Assembly (NCBI GenBank): GCA_964016885.1
Contig: OZ024740.1
Coordinates: 176,080,001 to 176,144,000, forward strand
Direction of reading: 5' to 3'
From: Eledone cirrhosa
Lineage: Eukaryota
Length of the DNA stretch: 64,000 nucleotides
Shown: positions 26,021 to 39,506 of the stretch, piece by piece
How the letters are laid out: every line of letters starts with the position of its first letter
Numbering within the stretch: position 1 is the first letter of the stretch
The notes under the pieces: generated by a model
Told to the model about the DNA's origin: nothing
What the model saw: the letters and a program-made list of their open reading frames with translations, nothing else
Database searches by the model: none
Position numbers and translations under genes: made by a program

Positions 26021-29000
26021 AAACAAAAGCGTAACCTAATACAAGAAATAGCTAGGATCACCACACCAAGAGAGAAACTAATATTTATAAGCCTTATACG
26101 CCCTGAAGAACAGTACATTACTCAAGAATGTGATAAGCACTTTAACAAGAAACTAAAGTGGCTTAAACAGATAAAGCTAAATCAGGATACTATAAAGAAT
26201 ACCAATAGATATCCCGACAAAATTGACGGTATAAACATGGCCGACACCTCATTAACAGAAGAGTTCAACAACAAAAACACCAATATATATGGTAACGCAA
26301 GAATAAATAATGACGAAATGTCTGTGTTATGTTTACCCCCGAAATTTGCGACATTCAAGAAGGTAAATATGATTAGTTGTCTGTCAGAAATAGAAAAATC
26401 ATTTACAAAACTACGCTGGAGCATCAAAAACAAAAACAAAAACAAAAGCAACAATATACGCACACACATATACAACACACATCCCAACAACAACAGACAC
26501 ACAGACACAAACAACAATAACAACAACACACATATCAACAACAACAACGATTACAACATACCCAGAAACAACAACAACAGACACGCAGACACAAACAACA
26601 ATAACAACACACACAACAATAACACACACGGAGACAACAACAACACACATCAACAACAGCACACATCAACAACAACAACACACACGCACTCAATGCCTCT
26701 CACCACCACCACAATCTTAACAAACACACAGACACAGAAAACAAGTAATGACAGTAGCACAGAAATCACAGAAATAAGGGAAAGTAATAGGATTAAAAGG
26801 AGGAGGGAGACTAAGGACAAAGAGAATAACCAAGACGAACACACAGACACACAAAATAGGGTAGATAACAACAATGAGCCAGTGGAAAGAGACAGGAGTA
26901 ATTATGAGAGACATAGAAACAACCATGAGGCTGTTGGTGGAAATAGAAATAGAAACAACACAACTAACAATAACAATATCACTAGTACACATAAAGCAGC
27001 AGCCTGGAACTCTCCGTTTTATAATCCCTCCGATAAATCATTCGACCTACGACGAGTCCACGCCACGACTTTACCATTTAACAAACGCACGCAATTGCCG
27101 TCGCAGGTCGATGAACAAACAGAAGCACAATTTAGTATAGCTAGATCCGAACTTAGAAATATTATAGAACAGTATAGCAAGAAGCATAATAGAATGGAGG
27201 CCCAGCAACTGGGAGAAAAATCTGCAAATGGCTTGCGTAAGCTCATGCAGCGCTCACGTAATGGAGAGATAGCATGCTTTACAACAGACAAGTCTGGCAG
27301 AATGTCGGTCGACAGCCTGCCAAACTATATCCAGGCAATGCAACCCCACATCACTAACACAAGAGAGGTAACACCACAGGAGCATGAGGATAGAGAAAAA
27401 GCCCTCAATGCCCATATGGTGATGTGGACGAATATAATGCAGCCCAACAAAAGGACTGCCAACAACTCCCAGGCCTGGAACAATGACGTGCCGGCGTTGT
27501 ATGGGCTTCGAAAAGACCATAAAACGGGCTGTGACCCTGCCGCGGGACCACCAACACGGCCAGTCTGTGGAGCTAACATTGCTAGTAACTACTTCCTCTC
27601 CCTGATCATACGCCCCATCATTGAAATGTCCCCAGATGTATGTGACAGCACGGAGGACCTCCTCAGCAGAATCGGCGTGAGTAACCGATCTGGGGACCTA
27701 ACAAACTGCATAATAGGCAGTATGGATGTTGTGTCCCTGTATCCATCTATTGACGTTGATTTTGCTGTGGAGAAATGCGTAGAAATGATCAGTGAGAGCA
27801 AGGTTGAGTTCCGTGGGATTGATACCAGTGAGCTGGGACTTCTACTTAAGCTTACCTATAGTAATAGTTACCTAGACACATATGACCTTAGCAACCTGTG
27901 CTCTACAAGACCAGCAAGAGGCAGACCACCTACCATTACCTCAATGGCCAAGAAAACCCACACAGATAGATGGAACGGGTGGACCAGAGCCATACGGACA
28001 CCCGAAAACCACGATGAACTGAAGAAAATGATTGCACATGCGGTAGGGGCCAGCATAAAACTAACCCTTAAGGAACATATGTTCAAATTTAATGGATAAA
28101 CATATGCCCAAGAGGAAGGAGCAGCCATTGGTGTTAGCATTGCAGGTGACATAGCTAACTTATTCATGGTATGGTGGGACAGTAGACTTAAACTTAAACT
28201 TAAAGAACAATTAGAAGACCCCTTAATCCTGATAATGTACTCCCGCTACGTAGATGATATAAACATCGTAGTTAAGACACCCCCACTAGAGAACAGTCAG
28301 GAACTAGAGGAAAACACAATGGAAAGCATCCAGCAAATAGCAAACTCCATCCACCAGAGCATTAGAGTTACTATAGACTACCCAAGTAGACACCCCAACC
28401 ATCGATTACCTGTACTAGACACAGAGCTCTGGTTAGATACCATGAACAACAAAAAACGAATCCTCCATTCCCATTATGCCAAACCCATGACTTCCAAACA
28501 TCTGATCCACCGAAACTCGCCCATTTCGGACCATACCAAAATCAACATACTGATGCGGATTTGGTACGGGTGATGAGAAATGTGTTCCGCATGTGCAACC
28601 CCGAAGAACTAGAGAGACACATACAACACTTCATCCACCGTATGCAGTTCTCTGGCTACAATCAGAGAGATAGAATCAGAGTGTATAGAGGAGCCAGAAC
28701 CAAATGGGAAAAAATGGTAAATAATGACATAAATGGGACCTGCCCCTTGTATAGGAGCAAATTTTGGAATAGAATAGAAAGAACTAGGAACAAGGCTAAT
28801 AGAATAAACTCATGGTATGATAGCAATAAATACCAGAGTGCAATGTTCATCGATACAACCCCTAGAGGCGAACTAGCCTACAAATTTAGAAGGGCCCTAA
28901 ATAAACATAAACTCAATATTAAGATAGTAGAAAGACCAGGTACCTCCGTAAAAACACGTATTAGCAAGACATACCCTTTTCAAAGACCCTCATGTATAGA

Positions 29001-29774
29001 TAAGAAATGTATAACCTGTAAAATAAGCCCCCATATTAATTGTAAAACTAGAAATGTAGTGTATAGCATAAGATGTACTGAAGGACAATGTAGAGATAAA
29101 AATATAGTGTAGATAGGTGAGACAGCTCGTAGTATAGGGGAACGGATAAATGAACACTGGGGAGACCTTCAAGATAATAAAGAATCATCTGTACTCTACC
29201 AACATGCTAAGATAGAACACAAGGGTAAATTAGAGAACATAGAAATAAAAATAGAATCTACACACAGAAAAGATGCAATGTTTAGACAAATTACAGATGC
29301 AATAAACATAAAAGAATTACAACCAAAATTAAATAGAAAATATGAGTGGAACAGCAACATCACAACTTACAATTAAGGACAAAATGAAAATACACACACA
29401 CATAGAACAAACAACCAACCAGTAACATGTAAATAAATAAATAAATAAACAAATAGATAAATGAACATAAACACACACAGACACCCGGATGTGGCGCATG
29501 CGCAGACTGAGCACACAACACACACACAGAAACAAAATGGCGTAGGACAGAACAAAGGAGAGGCACAGAAACAAAGAAAGGAATCCCCAGTCACTGAAGA
29601 GGTCACAGAGTGTGTGACGTAAGGACTATGACTATATATAAACAACTATCTGGTTGTGGAACCAACCAACCAACTAGAAATTTATAAATTTGTAAATTTA
29701 TAAATATATAATAAACTGAAGTGAAACAACTGGTGCGTGTGTTTCTTATTGGTAACATGACCCTCCCAAAGTAT

Positions 29775-29780
<6 letters not shown>
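26013..29780 (+). mobile_element. Penelope-like retroelement (RT + GIY-YIG endonuclease), 5'-truncated and decayed, between (TA)n arrays
   Basis: RT motifs TTDKSG, PALYGLRKDHK, RPVC, GSMDVVSLYPSI, FNG*TYAQEEGAAIG, YSRYVDD, LPVLD. GIY-YIG NVVYSIRC...IV*IGETARSIGERINEH. In-frame stops at 28097 and 29110 and a frameshift near 28550. 3' UTR carries an HHR-like motif. Confidence 0.92.
29589..29633 (+). ncRNA. Hammerhead-like motif in the Penelope 3' UTR, with GAAA mutated to GTAA (probably inactive)
   Basis: AGTCA CTGAAGA G GTCAC agagtgt GTGAC GTAA GGAC TA TGACT. Related motifs with CTGACGA/GAAA at 33255-33282 (+) and ~53910-53938 (-). Confidence 0.6.
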
Positions 29781-29839
<59 letters not shown>

Positions 29840-30236
29840 ATAAAATATTAAATACAAAGACCAAAATCCAGAGAGGACTCAATAAAGGTTGTTATAAATA
29901 TATATACAAGCACGTATATACAAGGCTGTAGACCAAATATTTATTATTAGTTAAGTTTAAAAGTTTAAGCAAAGAATTTCTGCTTTCACTCAAAGCGGGA
30001 TCATCTTGCTATACCATGTTACAGCAAGCCACATTGGACACTGGAATAGTTCCTCTACTTTCCTCGGAAGAAGGGATATTAATCTCGAAATATCATGACA
30101 TATGAATGAATTAGGGTAAAAAAAACAAGCCCTATTTCTTACGATTTAATTATTGTCCGTACAAATCCGCGCTGTTGTGGCTTTCAGACTTCGAATTCTT
30201 TATAACATATACAATGCTTCAAGTAAACTACAAACT

Positions 30237-30293
<57 letters not shown>

Positions 30294-30434
30294 TCACATG
30301 AATACAGCAATTTCACAGTTAAAGGATAATTACGATGAGAATCATAATTATAATGACAAGCAACAATCACTATAATGATGCACACACACACACCTAAACA
30401 CACACACACAAAGAATATTGGGCTACACTGTACA

Positions 30435-31050
30435 CAGTGGCGGACTTGATCTAAAAATATTGGTTACTTGGAACTGAAGGGGGACCACCTACATACAGAA
30501 TGCTATCATTTAATTTTCATAATGAATAAATAACATTTTCAAAAAATACATGAGTGGAAACAAAACAGTGCAATCAAATTTTTGCGGAAAAATATCTTAC
30601 CTTCACCAATAAAAAATATTATTATTTTGCGAAATCCAGTGACTTTCAATAATGACCAGAAGTCGACCCTAAATATTACTAATAGCTCTAGGAAAGCACA
30701 GCACCACATGTAAACCTTTTCAGCTTTTTCTATGGGTTGTAAAATAAAAATTTGACCAGGATTTAACCCAAGGCCAGGATCTCCACCGTCTCTAGTACCT
30801 ACCGTTAGGCCACAGAGACAACTACGAAAACCTTAAGAAAATTCATACTTATAAACCTACTTTCAAAATTTTCAAAACAAAATGATGTGGTGTCGTTCAT
30901 GTCTTTCTTAATGCTATTGCTCCTACTTAAGGTCGACTTCTAAATTATTTAGGTGTTCCATAAACTATATCCTCGTTTTGTTTCTCATCTATCTAGACTA
31001 CATTTTAACCTGTAATCCAGGTTTCACTTCTGCTCCCCCTCATTTCTCCG

Positions 31051-31113
<63 letters not shown>

Positions 31114-31211
31114 GTTCTGTGATATTTGAATCTACTATGATGTGGGCTTACCTTATTCCTATATATATATGTTTTTGGATGTCAGTTAGATTCAAACTTA
31201 CAATGATTGAC

Positions 31212-31269
<58 letters not shown>

Positions 31270-32568
31270 TTACTTTGGGAGGGTCATGTTGCCAATAAGA
31301 AACACACACACCAGTTGCATTCACTTCAATTTATTATAATAAATTTATAAATTTAGGAATTTATAAATTTCCGGTTGGTTGGTTGGTTCCACAACCAGAT
31401 GATTGTTTATATATATAAATTCCTAAATTTATAAATTTATTATAATAAATTGAAGTGAAAGCAACTGGTGCGTGTGTTTCTTATTAGCAACATGACCCTC
31501 CCAAAGTCTAACAATATCGGTTTCAACACACGTTTTCAGATAAAGAATCTTGCTAAACAAATTCAGAAACGAAATATATATATATACGAGGTGTGTCAGA
31601 AAAGTTCCAGGACTGATGTCACAAAAGATTTATTTCAAACCCAAACTTCACACACAGAAATAGCCGTCGAAACGGCTTGAGCTCTGCCGTCATGGTCATA
31701 CTTTTTCCTGTTTCCCACTCTACTACCCTAAGTATTGAGTACTCTGGTGTGTTATGGTCCATCTGGTTCCTTACCACAATTCCTTTGTTATATATATATA
31801 CAGTGGCGGACTAGGTCTAAAAATATTGGTTCCCAGATGAAGGGGGCCCACCTACATATAGAATGCTATCATTTAATTCTTATAATGAATAAATAACATT
31901 TTCAAACTATACATAAGTGGAAATATAACAGTGCAATCAAATTTTTGCGAAAAAATATCTTACCTTCTCCGATAAAAATATTATGTATTTTGCGAAATCC
32001 AGAGAATTTCAATAATTGTTTCTACTTTTGGCACAAGGCCAGCAAATACTCAGTGCATTACTAGTACTTTATTTTCTCGACACCGTAAGGATGAAAGGCA
32101 AAGTTAACCTCGACGGGGTGTGTCTTTATATGTATATATACACCACCTTCACCACTAATTGATTTGACAGATGTCTTTAACCCACTGATACCAAATATTA
32201 TTTGGTCAGTAGTTCGTGTGTAAGTATATAAATATATATATATATGCTTGTGTGTCTGTGTCTATATATGTATGTTTGCATGCATGAATGAATACACTGA
32301 GCTTTAGATTTAGTAGAATGTACAACCACTGATTCCTGCTCTTTGCACTATCGCATATTTTGGTTTCTATTAATTCTTTATTTATTTACTTTTCAAAAAA
32401 TGTTATTCTTTCTCTTAGACTTCAGGTATTTTTTGAAAGCAAAGCATTGACCCCTAAAATACTACAGTGGGCCCTGCAATGCTACTGTGGGTTGTTGCAA
32501 TGCTACCGTGGGGCCCCTGTAGCCCACTTGCCATTGGGCAATCTGGCAACCTGTCCAGTCCGCCACTG
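30435..32568. mobile_element. Non-autonomous hAT-type DNA transposon with nested insertions
   Basis: TIRs CAGTGGCGGACT (30435) and AGTCCGCCACTG (ending 32568); exact 8-bp TSD ACTGTACA at 30427-30434 and 32569-32576; a second internal left end at 31801. Confidence 0.8.
31264..31574. repeat. Fold-back made of the 3' terminus of the 26-29.8 kb Penelope family; related units at 32970-33540, 40361-40515 and 53705-54195
   Basis: Inverted copies of GCAACTGGTGCGTGTGTTTCTTATT...CATGACCCTCCCAAAG, as found at ~29725-29780. Confidence 0.8.
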
Positions 32569-32584
32569 ACTGTACATGTATATG

Positions 32585-32697
32585 CAGGGTGACCCAAAGT
32601 CACGAGACCATTTCAAAATATAATAACAGTTTTAATTAAAAAAATTAATTGTAAAATGTTATCATAGTTTAAAACGGTCTAATGACTTTTGGGGCAA

Positions 32698-32700
<3 letters not shown>
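32585..32700. mobile_element. Small Tc1/mariner-like MITE
   Basis: Imperfect TIRs CAGGGTGACCCAAAGTCA ... TGACTTTTGGGGCAACC with TA-rich flanks. Confidence 0.45.
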
Positions 32701-32737
<37 letters not shown>

Positions 32738-32980
32738 GTGAAAAACCCCACAAACCCTCCATATCAATTCTACTTTTGAAAAGCACAAGAACTGCGAAAC
32801 CGTTAAAGGAACCAAATATATTTTAAAAAAAAACAAATATATTTAAAAAAAAAAGACTCAAATTTCATTTTCGATTTCATCTTTGTTCCTTATACTTGTG
32901 TAGGACACCTCGTTTTTTTTTCATTTTGTAAAAAAACCTCACTTTCTAATATATATATATATATATATATTGTTATACTT

Positions 32981-33012
<32 letters not shown>

Positions 33013-33679
33013 ATTTGTGTAATAATATTGCCAGAATTAATAACAGAAAACACTCACTGTTTGGTTGGTTTTCGCTTCTGTGTCTTTTATATCGGTTAAT
33101 TTAATTTATTCGGTCCTCAATGCATGCGCAGAGAAGACAAAAAAAAAAGCAAACAAATTAACAAATAAATAAATAAACAAATAAATAAATAAATAAACAG
33201 ACTAAATAAAGATGGCGTAGGCATACAATGCAACGGGAGGAAACAATAGCACCACTGACGATGTTGTAGATGTGCAACGAAAGAACTTTGTTAGACTATA
33301 TATATGTGTTTGTGTCTATATTGTATCTGTATTTTTGACCGTTGGTCAGTCAATGGTAACATTGAGGACCGAATAAATTAAATTAACCGATATAAAATAC
33401 ACAGAAGCGAAAACCAACCAAACAGTGAGTGTGTTCTGTTATTAATTCTGGCAATATTATTACACAAATATGACCCTCCCCAAGTATAACAATATTTGTT
33501 TAGACACACGATTTCATATCAAAAACCTCGCCAAACTATATATATATATATATTAATCTATGTTTAGTGATTCAACCAGACCATTGAAATATTTATAGTG
33601 TTTTTGTAACAATAAAACTTTAAAGGAACATCACCTGTTCTGCCTTCAGTTATCAAACTAATACATATGTCTAAAGTCT

Positions 33680-33950
33680 GTCTTAAGCCAGCAGGCTCAT
33701 TTGGTCGGTGCTTATCCCGGTTTCATGGCGTGAAGTGACTAAGATTACAAGACTTCCTCTGGACAGGATACTATTCCATCACAGGGTTAAATCCCCAACT
33801 GTTGCTGGTGCTCATTTTCTACTGAGTATACTAGAAGAACGTGAAATGAAGTATTTTGCTCAAGAACACAACACGTAACCCCGGAATCGAACCCACGACG
33901 TTAAAATCGTAAGTCCAACACCCTTATTACTAGGTCACATGCCTTCACAC
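33680..33950 (-). mobile_element. tRNA-derived SINE (CORE-like); relatives at ~49257-49500 (+) and ~50800-50930 (-)
   Basis: Head CCTAGTAATAAGGGTG...GGTTCGATTCCGG then GTGTTCTTGAGCAAAATACTTCATTTCAC. Confidence 0.65.
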
Positions 33951-33954
33951 ACAC

Positions 33955-34026
<72 letters not shown>

Positions 34027-34033
34027 ATGTGTG

Positions 34034-34081
<48 letters not shown>

Positions 34082-34086
<5 letters not shown>

Positions 34087-34572
34087 CATCCTGCAGGACT
34101 AAAAACAAAACCTGTCCAATGGCAAAGGAGCTCTTAAGAGTCAATGGCCATCCAAAATCACCGGGAGAGATGACCCCTTAGCCTTTGTCAAGGCAGAATT
34201 CTAGGAGAAGGAAAACTCTGATATAACACCTGAACCCTGATGGTATCCAATGATTTTGACTTGTTCTTCTTTTTGGTAAATATCATCTTGGTTAAGAGAG
34301 TGGGACTGGCTTTGTGCAGTGCCTTTGCTCACTATAAAAGCTTCACGGCACAGGCTTTGCTTTATATCTGGAGATCTCTCTGCACTTGTCGTCACATGGT
34401 ACCATGGGCCCAGCACTATGTGTCAATAATTGTCACAAGTGTAGTGTTTGTACCAGAGTTTTCAAGTCGCTGGCTGGACTAAAAATCAAACTCGTTCAGT
34501 GCATCGGTAGGGGGTTCTCCTACATGGATATAAAGTAGTGGCCGTACTCGAAAACGTGTTGGCAGCCACCAT
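34082..34572 (+). mobile_element. Bipartite RTE-derived non-autonomous element, copy 3 (5'-truncated)
   Basis: Highly similar to the 3' part of 24204-24812. Confidence 0.75.
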
Positions 34573-34586
34573 ATGTATATATATAT

Positions 34587-34677
<91 letters not shown>

Positions 34678-34861
34678 CATATATATATGCATACATACAT
34701 ATATATACATATATATATATATATTTATATATATATGCGCATGCGAAAAGTTGACGATGAAAAACAACACATAAGAACGATACACTGCAATGATGTATAT
34801 ATTAATTTAACGCTTGATATAGTAAGAAAATAGTTTCAACGTTTCTGACTTTACTTCTTTG

Positions 34862-34955
34862 TCAGAGGACAGAGAAATAAAAGAAGATATAGAAAGATAG
34901 ACGAGAGTATGGGAATGTGTGTGTGAGGTTGCCTCTGCACATATGTAAATATATA

Positions 34956-34990
<35 letters not shown>

Positions 34991-35842
34991 TTTTTTTTTA
35001 ACTTTACCTTTTTCTGTCACCTTCACGATGAAAACAGTCGGCTGAATCTTGTTCCGAAACATGGACTTGAATTCTTTCCTGAAGACTGGACTGGTCAGTA
35101 TATACATAACGAAATTGAAGGTGTTGTTTGTGAACAACGCTAAAACCAATATATTGTCCACTTCGTTTAGAGTCGGGTGTAACGCCAAAGATATCGATAT
35201 AGGTAGTGTGGAAAGAAGAAAGAACACGTTCAATGCTATTATCAGTTTAACACTGCTGCTATTGCTTCGGATGGTTTTACGTGTTATCTTATGGATTAGG
35301 GCGATACTGACCAGAATTATAATAAAAGCAGGTGAGAAACAATAGACAGAAGCCTGGATTCGGATAACTTGCTCTTCATTGAAGAAGTGTAGGATTTTAT
35401 TGGCGATGCACACAACGTTGAGAAAACAGAGGAAACCAAACAGCATCATAATCAATCGTTTCGGGGAAATGTTTATAAGTCTGAGGCGTTTAGAAAAAGG
35501 TTGGTGCACGGCGATTGTTCTCTGCACGGCTATCAAAACTGTCAGCCAAGATGAAGCTTGCAAGCAGAAATTTACTAAAAACAGTGATATCTTTTCATAG
35601 AGTGGTTCAACGGACAAAAAGGAAAATTTGTCAACATGAATGCTCAGAATAAATGTGATTAGTCCTATATATAAAATTAGTAGATCCATAATGCAAAGAA
35701 CTCGGAGATATAATGTGACTTTGAATTCTTGTACCGTCTTTTTTCGTAGGATTATCAAAGATACAAGGTTTCCTATAGTTCCGACTAAAAGCATCAATAT
35801 TCCCAAAAAGGTTACAACGCCACAGTATATGATTTCTGCCAT
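34862..35842 (-). CDS. Class A (rhodopsin-like) GPCR, peptide-receptor-like/orphan type; 7TM region in one exon
   Basis: Seven hydrophobic segments with class A motifs: TM1 GN (GTIGNLVS), TM2 LxxxD (YLRVLCIMDL), TM3 SSWLTVLIAVQRTIAVHQPF (DRY-equivalent), TM5 SPAFII, TM6 FLLSTLP, TM7 NNTFNFVMY, helix 8 FRKEF. The C-terminus after ~35000 runs into a microsatellite, so the true end is uncertain. Confidence 0.85.
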
Positions 35843-36245
35843 TGTAAAATATGTTCGTTCTAGAATTTACCGAAGTAGAGAACTAAATAGCTAGATGGAA
35901 AGAACACTAGATAGATAGAAAGAGAGAGAGAGAGGAGGGTATAATACATGTATATATATGTGCGTGTGTATGTATCTGTATATATATATATATATATAGG
36001 TCAGGTTGTATAAATGAAATTCAATAGATGGCTGGATAACGGGAGACCGTAAAGGCAACTTGTTAAATTAATGGTGAACAAGCTGTAACGATACGTATAG
36101 CTTTAGTGGTTGACACAGAATATTGCATGTCTCCTTTCTGAACAGACTCATTAGATATATACAACAATTTAATTGTGTTCTTAATGAAAAAACATCAAGT
36201 GATAATCATTGACGTAATAGCTTGTTGCTTTAATTCTCTCGCTCA

Positions 36246-36295
<50 letters not shown>

Positions 36296-36405
36296 TATCT
36301 CTCTCTCTCTCCAGCCCCACTCTCCCCCACTCTTTCGTTCTCCCTCTATCTCTCAGTATATATGAAAAGTGATAGAACCACACACTTATAAATGTATAGA
36401 TACAT

Positions 36406-36523
<118 letters not shown>

Positions 36524-37414
36524 GCAGGTACATACTTTATCGAATTCGAAAGGATGAAAAGCAAAGCGGACTTAGAAGGGATTTGAACGCAAAGAATAGA
36601 GAACTGCAACAAATGTCCAATACCTTCACAACAACAATGGCAGTAACAAACATCTCCCAATAACGACGATTTCCCTTACACAACAACAATAACAATCAGT
36701 ACAATCGTGTATGCAATTTAATTAGGGGACTACTAGCAATGTAAACCTTACTCCGTGACTAACTGGATAAACTGAACGTATTTGTTTTCTACTTAATTAG
36801 CAACAACACTACCAACACCACCACCATCACCTCCATCATCACCAGTGCGACCACCACCACCACGACCACCACGACCAGCACAACCTCCATACTACAAACA
36901 CCACCACCGTCACCATCACCACCAACACCACTACCATACCACAAACACCACCATCACCACCAACACCACTACCACGACCACCTCCGCCAAAAATAAGAAC
37001 AACAACCATATAACCAAACAAATCCGAAGTGAAATAACATCCTACAATTTTAGAACGACCAATCGGCGACACCACAAACCCACACATTTGTCAAATCATG
37101 AGATAGATACAGACCACTAGGCGTAACCACCATACTATTCCCAAAACTAACACAAAAAATATACACGATAGATACAACAGCAAAATCTTCCCAAACATAC
37201 CACTTTAACTACTATCCACATCAGGAAAGCTTTGAACTGAACATTACATTGAAAACAACAGAAAATATTGACTAGTACACTACCTGTCACGATACCAAGG
37301 CTATGTAATGTATATGAATAATACTTCCATAACTCATTCCCCAGTATATGACAAGTAGCTCTTCTATCACCCAACTTTTCAGCTTGTACCTACGCGACTT
37401 TCCTACACTTCCAC

Positions 37415-37480
<66 letters not shown>

Positions 37481-37539
37481 GCATAGCTAGATGGGGGCGG
37501 TCCTCCCCGGCGAAACCTTTATCGGGGCGGCACTTTTGG

Positions 37540-38260
37540 GTCTGCTGTAGGCTATAAGCGTTCTTTTAATGTTGCACAGCATGATATTATAATTGTACAG
37601 GCTAATAAATTTAAGAGTGTGTCACTGAGAAATATGTATTATTTGTGGGGGACCGGGGGGCGCTTAACTGAAGAGCTGACCCGGCCGGCACATACTCTAG
37701 TTACATCACTGAAGCTGACTCCTAGAACAGCGCATGCTTTTAATGGGTGGTCCCAAATAAGAAAATCGGGCCGGTTATGCTTTATAGTGGTAGTTTTATT
37801 ATTATTATTTTTAGATTCCATCTATATTCCTTTTAGCCATCAGTCTCAACATGTCTTCCTTAATACATTCCAGATAGCAGATAGTTCTAGCTAGCACATG
37901 GGGAGATAGTAACGAGAAGACATTCTTTCACAGTTGGCAATATTGTTTCTAACATCTACAATCTTTGTTTTGCACAGCTTACATTTATTGTCAACTGATG
38001 GGTTCCCTAATTTGTGCATTAGGTACTTGGTGGGATTTCTTCTTCCTGGATTACATGGAAATATCCTTCAATGTGGGATGTTATGAACTTGTTGGAACTC
38101 CATATCAAGCGTTTACTATAGTTTATCCCTTCTATGGTTTGTGTTTCGTCTCAAGTCCCTATGTACAACCTTCCCAGTGAATTAATCCATTTTTTCCTTT
38201 TGGTTTTTTGTTTTGAACATTGAGTAGTCTTCCAATGTTTCTGCGAGAGACATTTCTATC
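37540..38260 (-). mobile_element. R4/Dong-like fragment (zinc knuckle and RLE), interrupted by an RTE fragment; may continue to ~39400
   Basis: Minus-strand DNKCKLCK...MSSRYYLP and IKHNRPDFLIWD, paralogous to the 41.5-43.1 kb element. Confidence 0.7.
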
Positions 38261-38289
38261 GGGATTTATTTCCTCTTCTATATCAGTGG

Positions 38290-38655
38290 CTCTTCTTCTT
38301 CTTCTTCTTCTTCTTCTTCTTCTTCTTCTTCTTGATGAGAGGGTCGTGGGGGCAGAGTCCTCAAACACTCCTTCCAGCTGTTCCTGTCAGAAGCAGTCGT
38401 CTCTAATTGATCCTGCTGGATCCTCAAGCGGGACCGGCTGAGCTCATGGATGTTATCCAACCATCTTGTTCGGGGTCTACCCTTAAACCTCCTGCTGGAT
38501 GGTTTGGCCCGTATAATCTGTCCAGCGATTCTTTCCTGAGACATTCTAACCACAGGCCCATAATGCTGGAGCTGTGATCCTTCAATTCGGAGATATAGCG
38601 GCTCTACGTGGAGCGACTCTTTGATCTCCGAACTATGCACTCTATCGAATAACGT
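38290..38655 (-). mobile_element. RTE-type LINE 3' fragment with (GAA)n tail
   Basis: SQLQHYGPVVRMSQERI...RRFKGRPRTRWLDNI followed by a (GAA)n tail. Confidence 0.8.
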
Positions 38656-39506
38656 TTACTCCAATGACTTCGTAGGAACCTCATTTTTATCGCTTGTATT
38701 CGCTATTCTAACAATAAATCTGGGCAAGATGGCTGCTGACCTTTTTCTTCTGTTGAATATGTTGCTTCAGTGTTATTATCCGAATATGAATTTTAGTCCT
38801 CGGCTACCCCGCTTAGGTGTTGTAATCTTATTGGTGGCACAATGATCATGCAAAAACAAATTGTGGGATCCAGTGTATAATTTGTACATGTTGTTTCAGC
38901 AAGGATGGTTTGGCTATTTTGGGGGCATGAGGAAGGTAGTGGCAGTTGATAAACATTTAGGCAGTTATTATGTGCCCTTGATAGTTTCTCCATACAACCG
39001 TATCGGATATCGTATCGGATATCGTATCGGATAAAAGGTGAAATTCTTCAGCCAGTTACCTGGGGACTTCTTGTTTGACATCTTCTGTAGAGTTGTTTTC
39101 AGTATTGCGCCGTCTATTTCATAATACTTTTGCTAGGCATGCTAGCAGCAGCCCTGACCCAGTACTTTTAGCTATACAGCTTGTTTGTTGAATTCCCCAT
39201 TCGTTTCCCATGCAGATCTCCTGTAGCTGTTAACCTGATCTTTTGTCTTTTACAGAGATTGATCCTCTGCCAGGAGTGACGAGAAGCAGATAGTGTCAGC
39301 AAGAGAAAGACCAATGGAAACCGTAACTCATTGGTGCGATCCCATGATCAGCTGCTTCCTTTTCCATATGAAAAGACACACACAAGAAAGATAATAATAT
39401 ATGTATACATGGTAGCAAGAATGGAATGTTAAGGTTAGAGGTTCTAGGGAATGACAGGGAAAGGTGAATGTACGCATGTATATATGTATGTATGTACGTA
39501 TATTAT

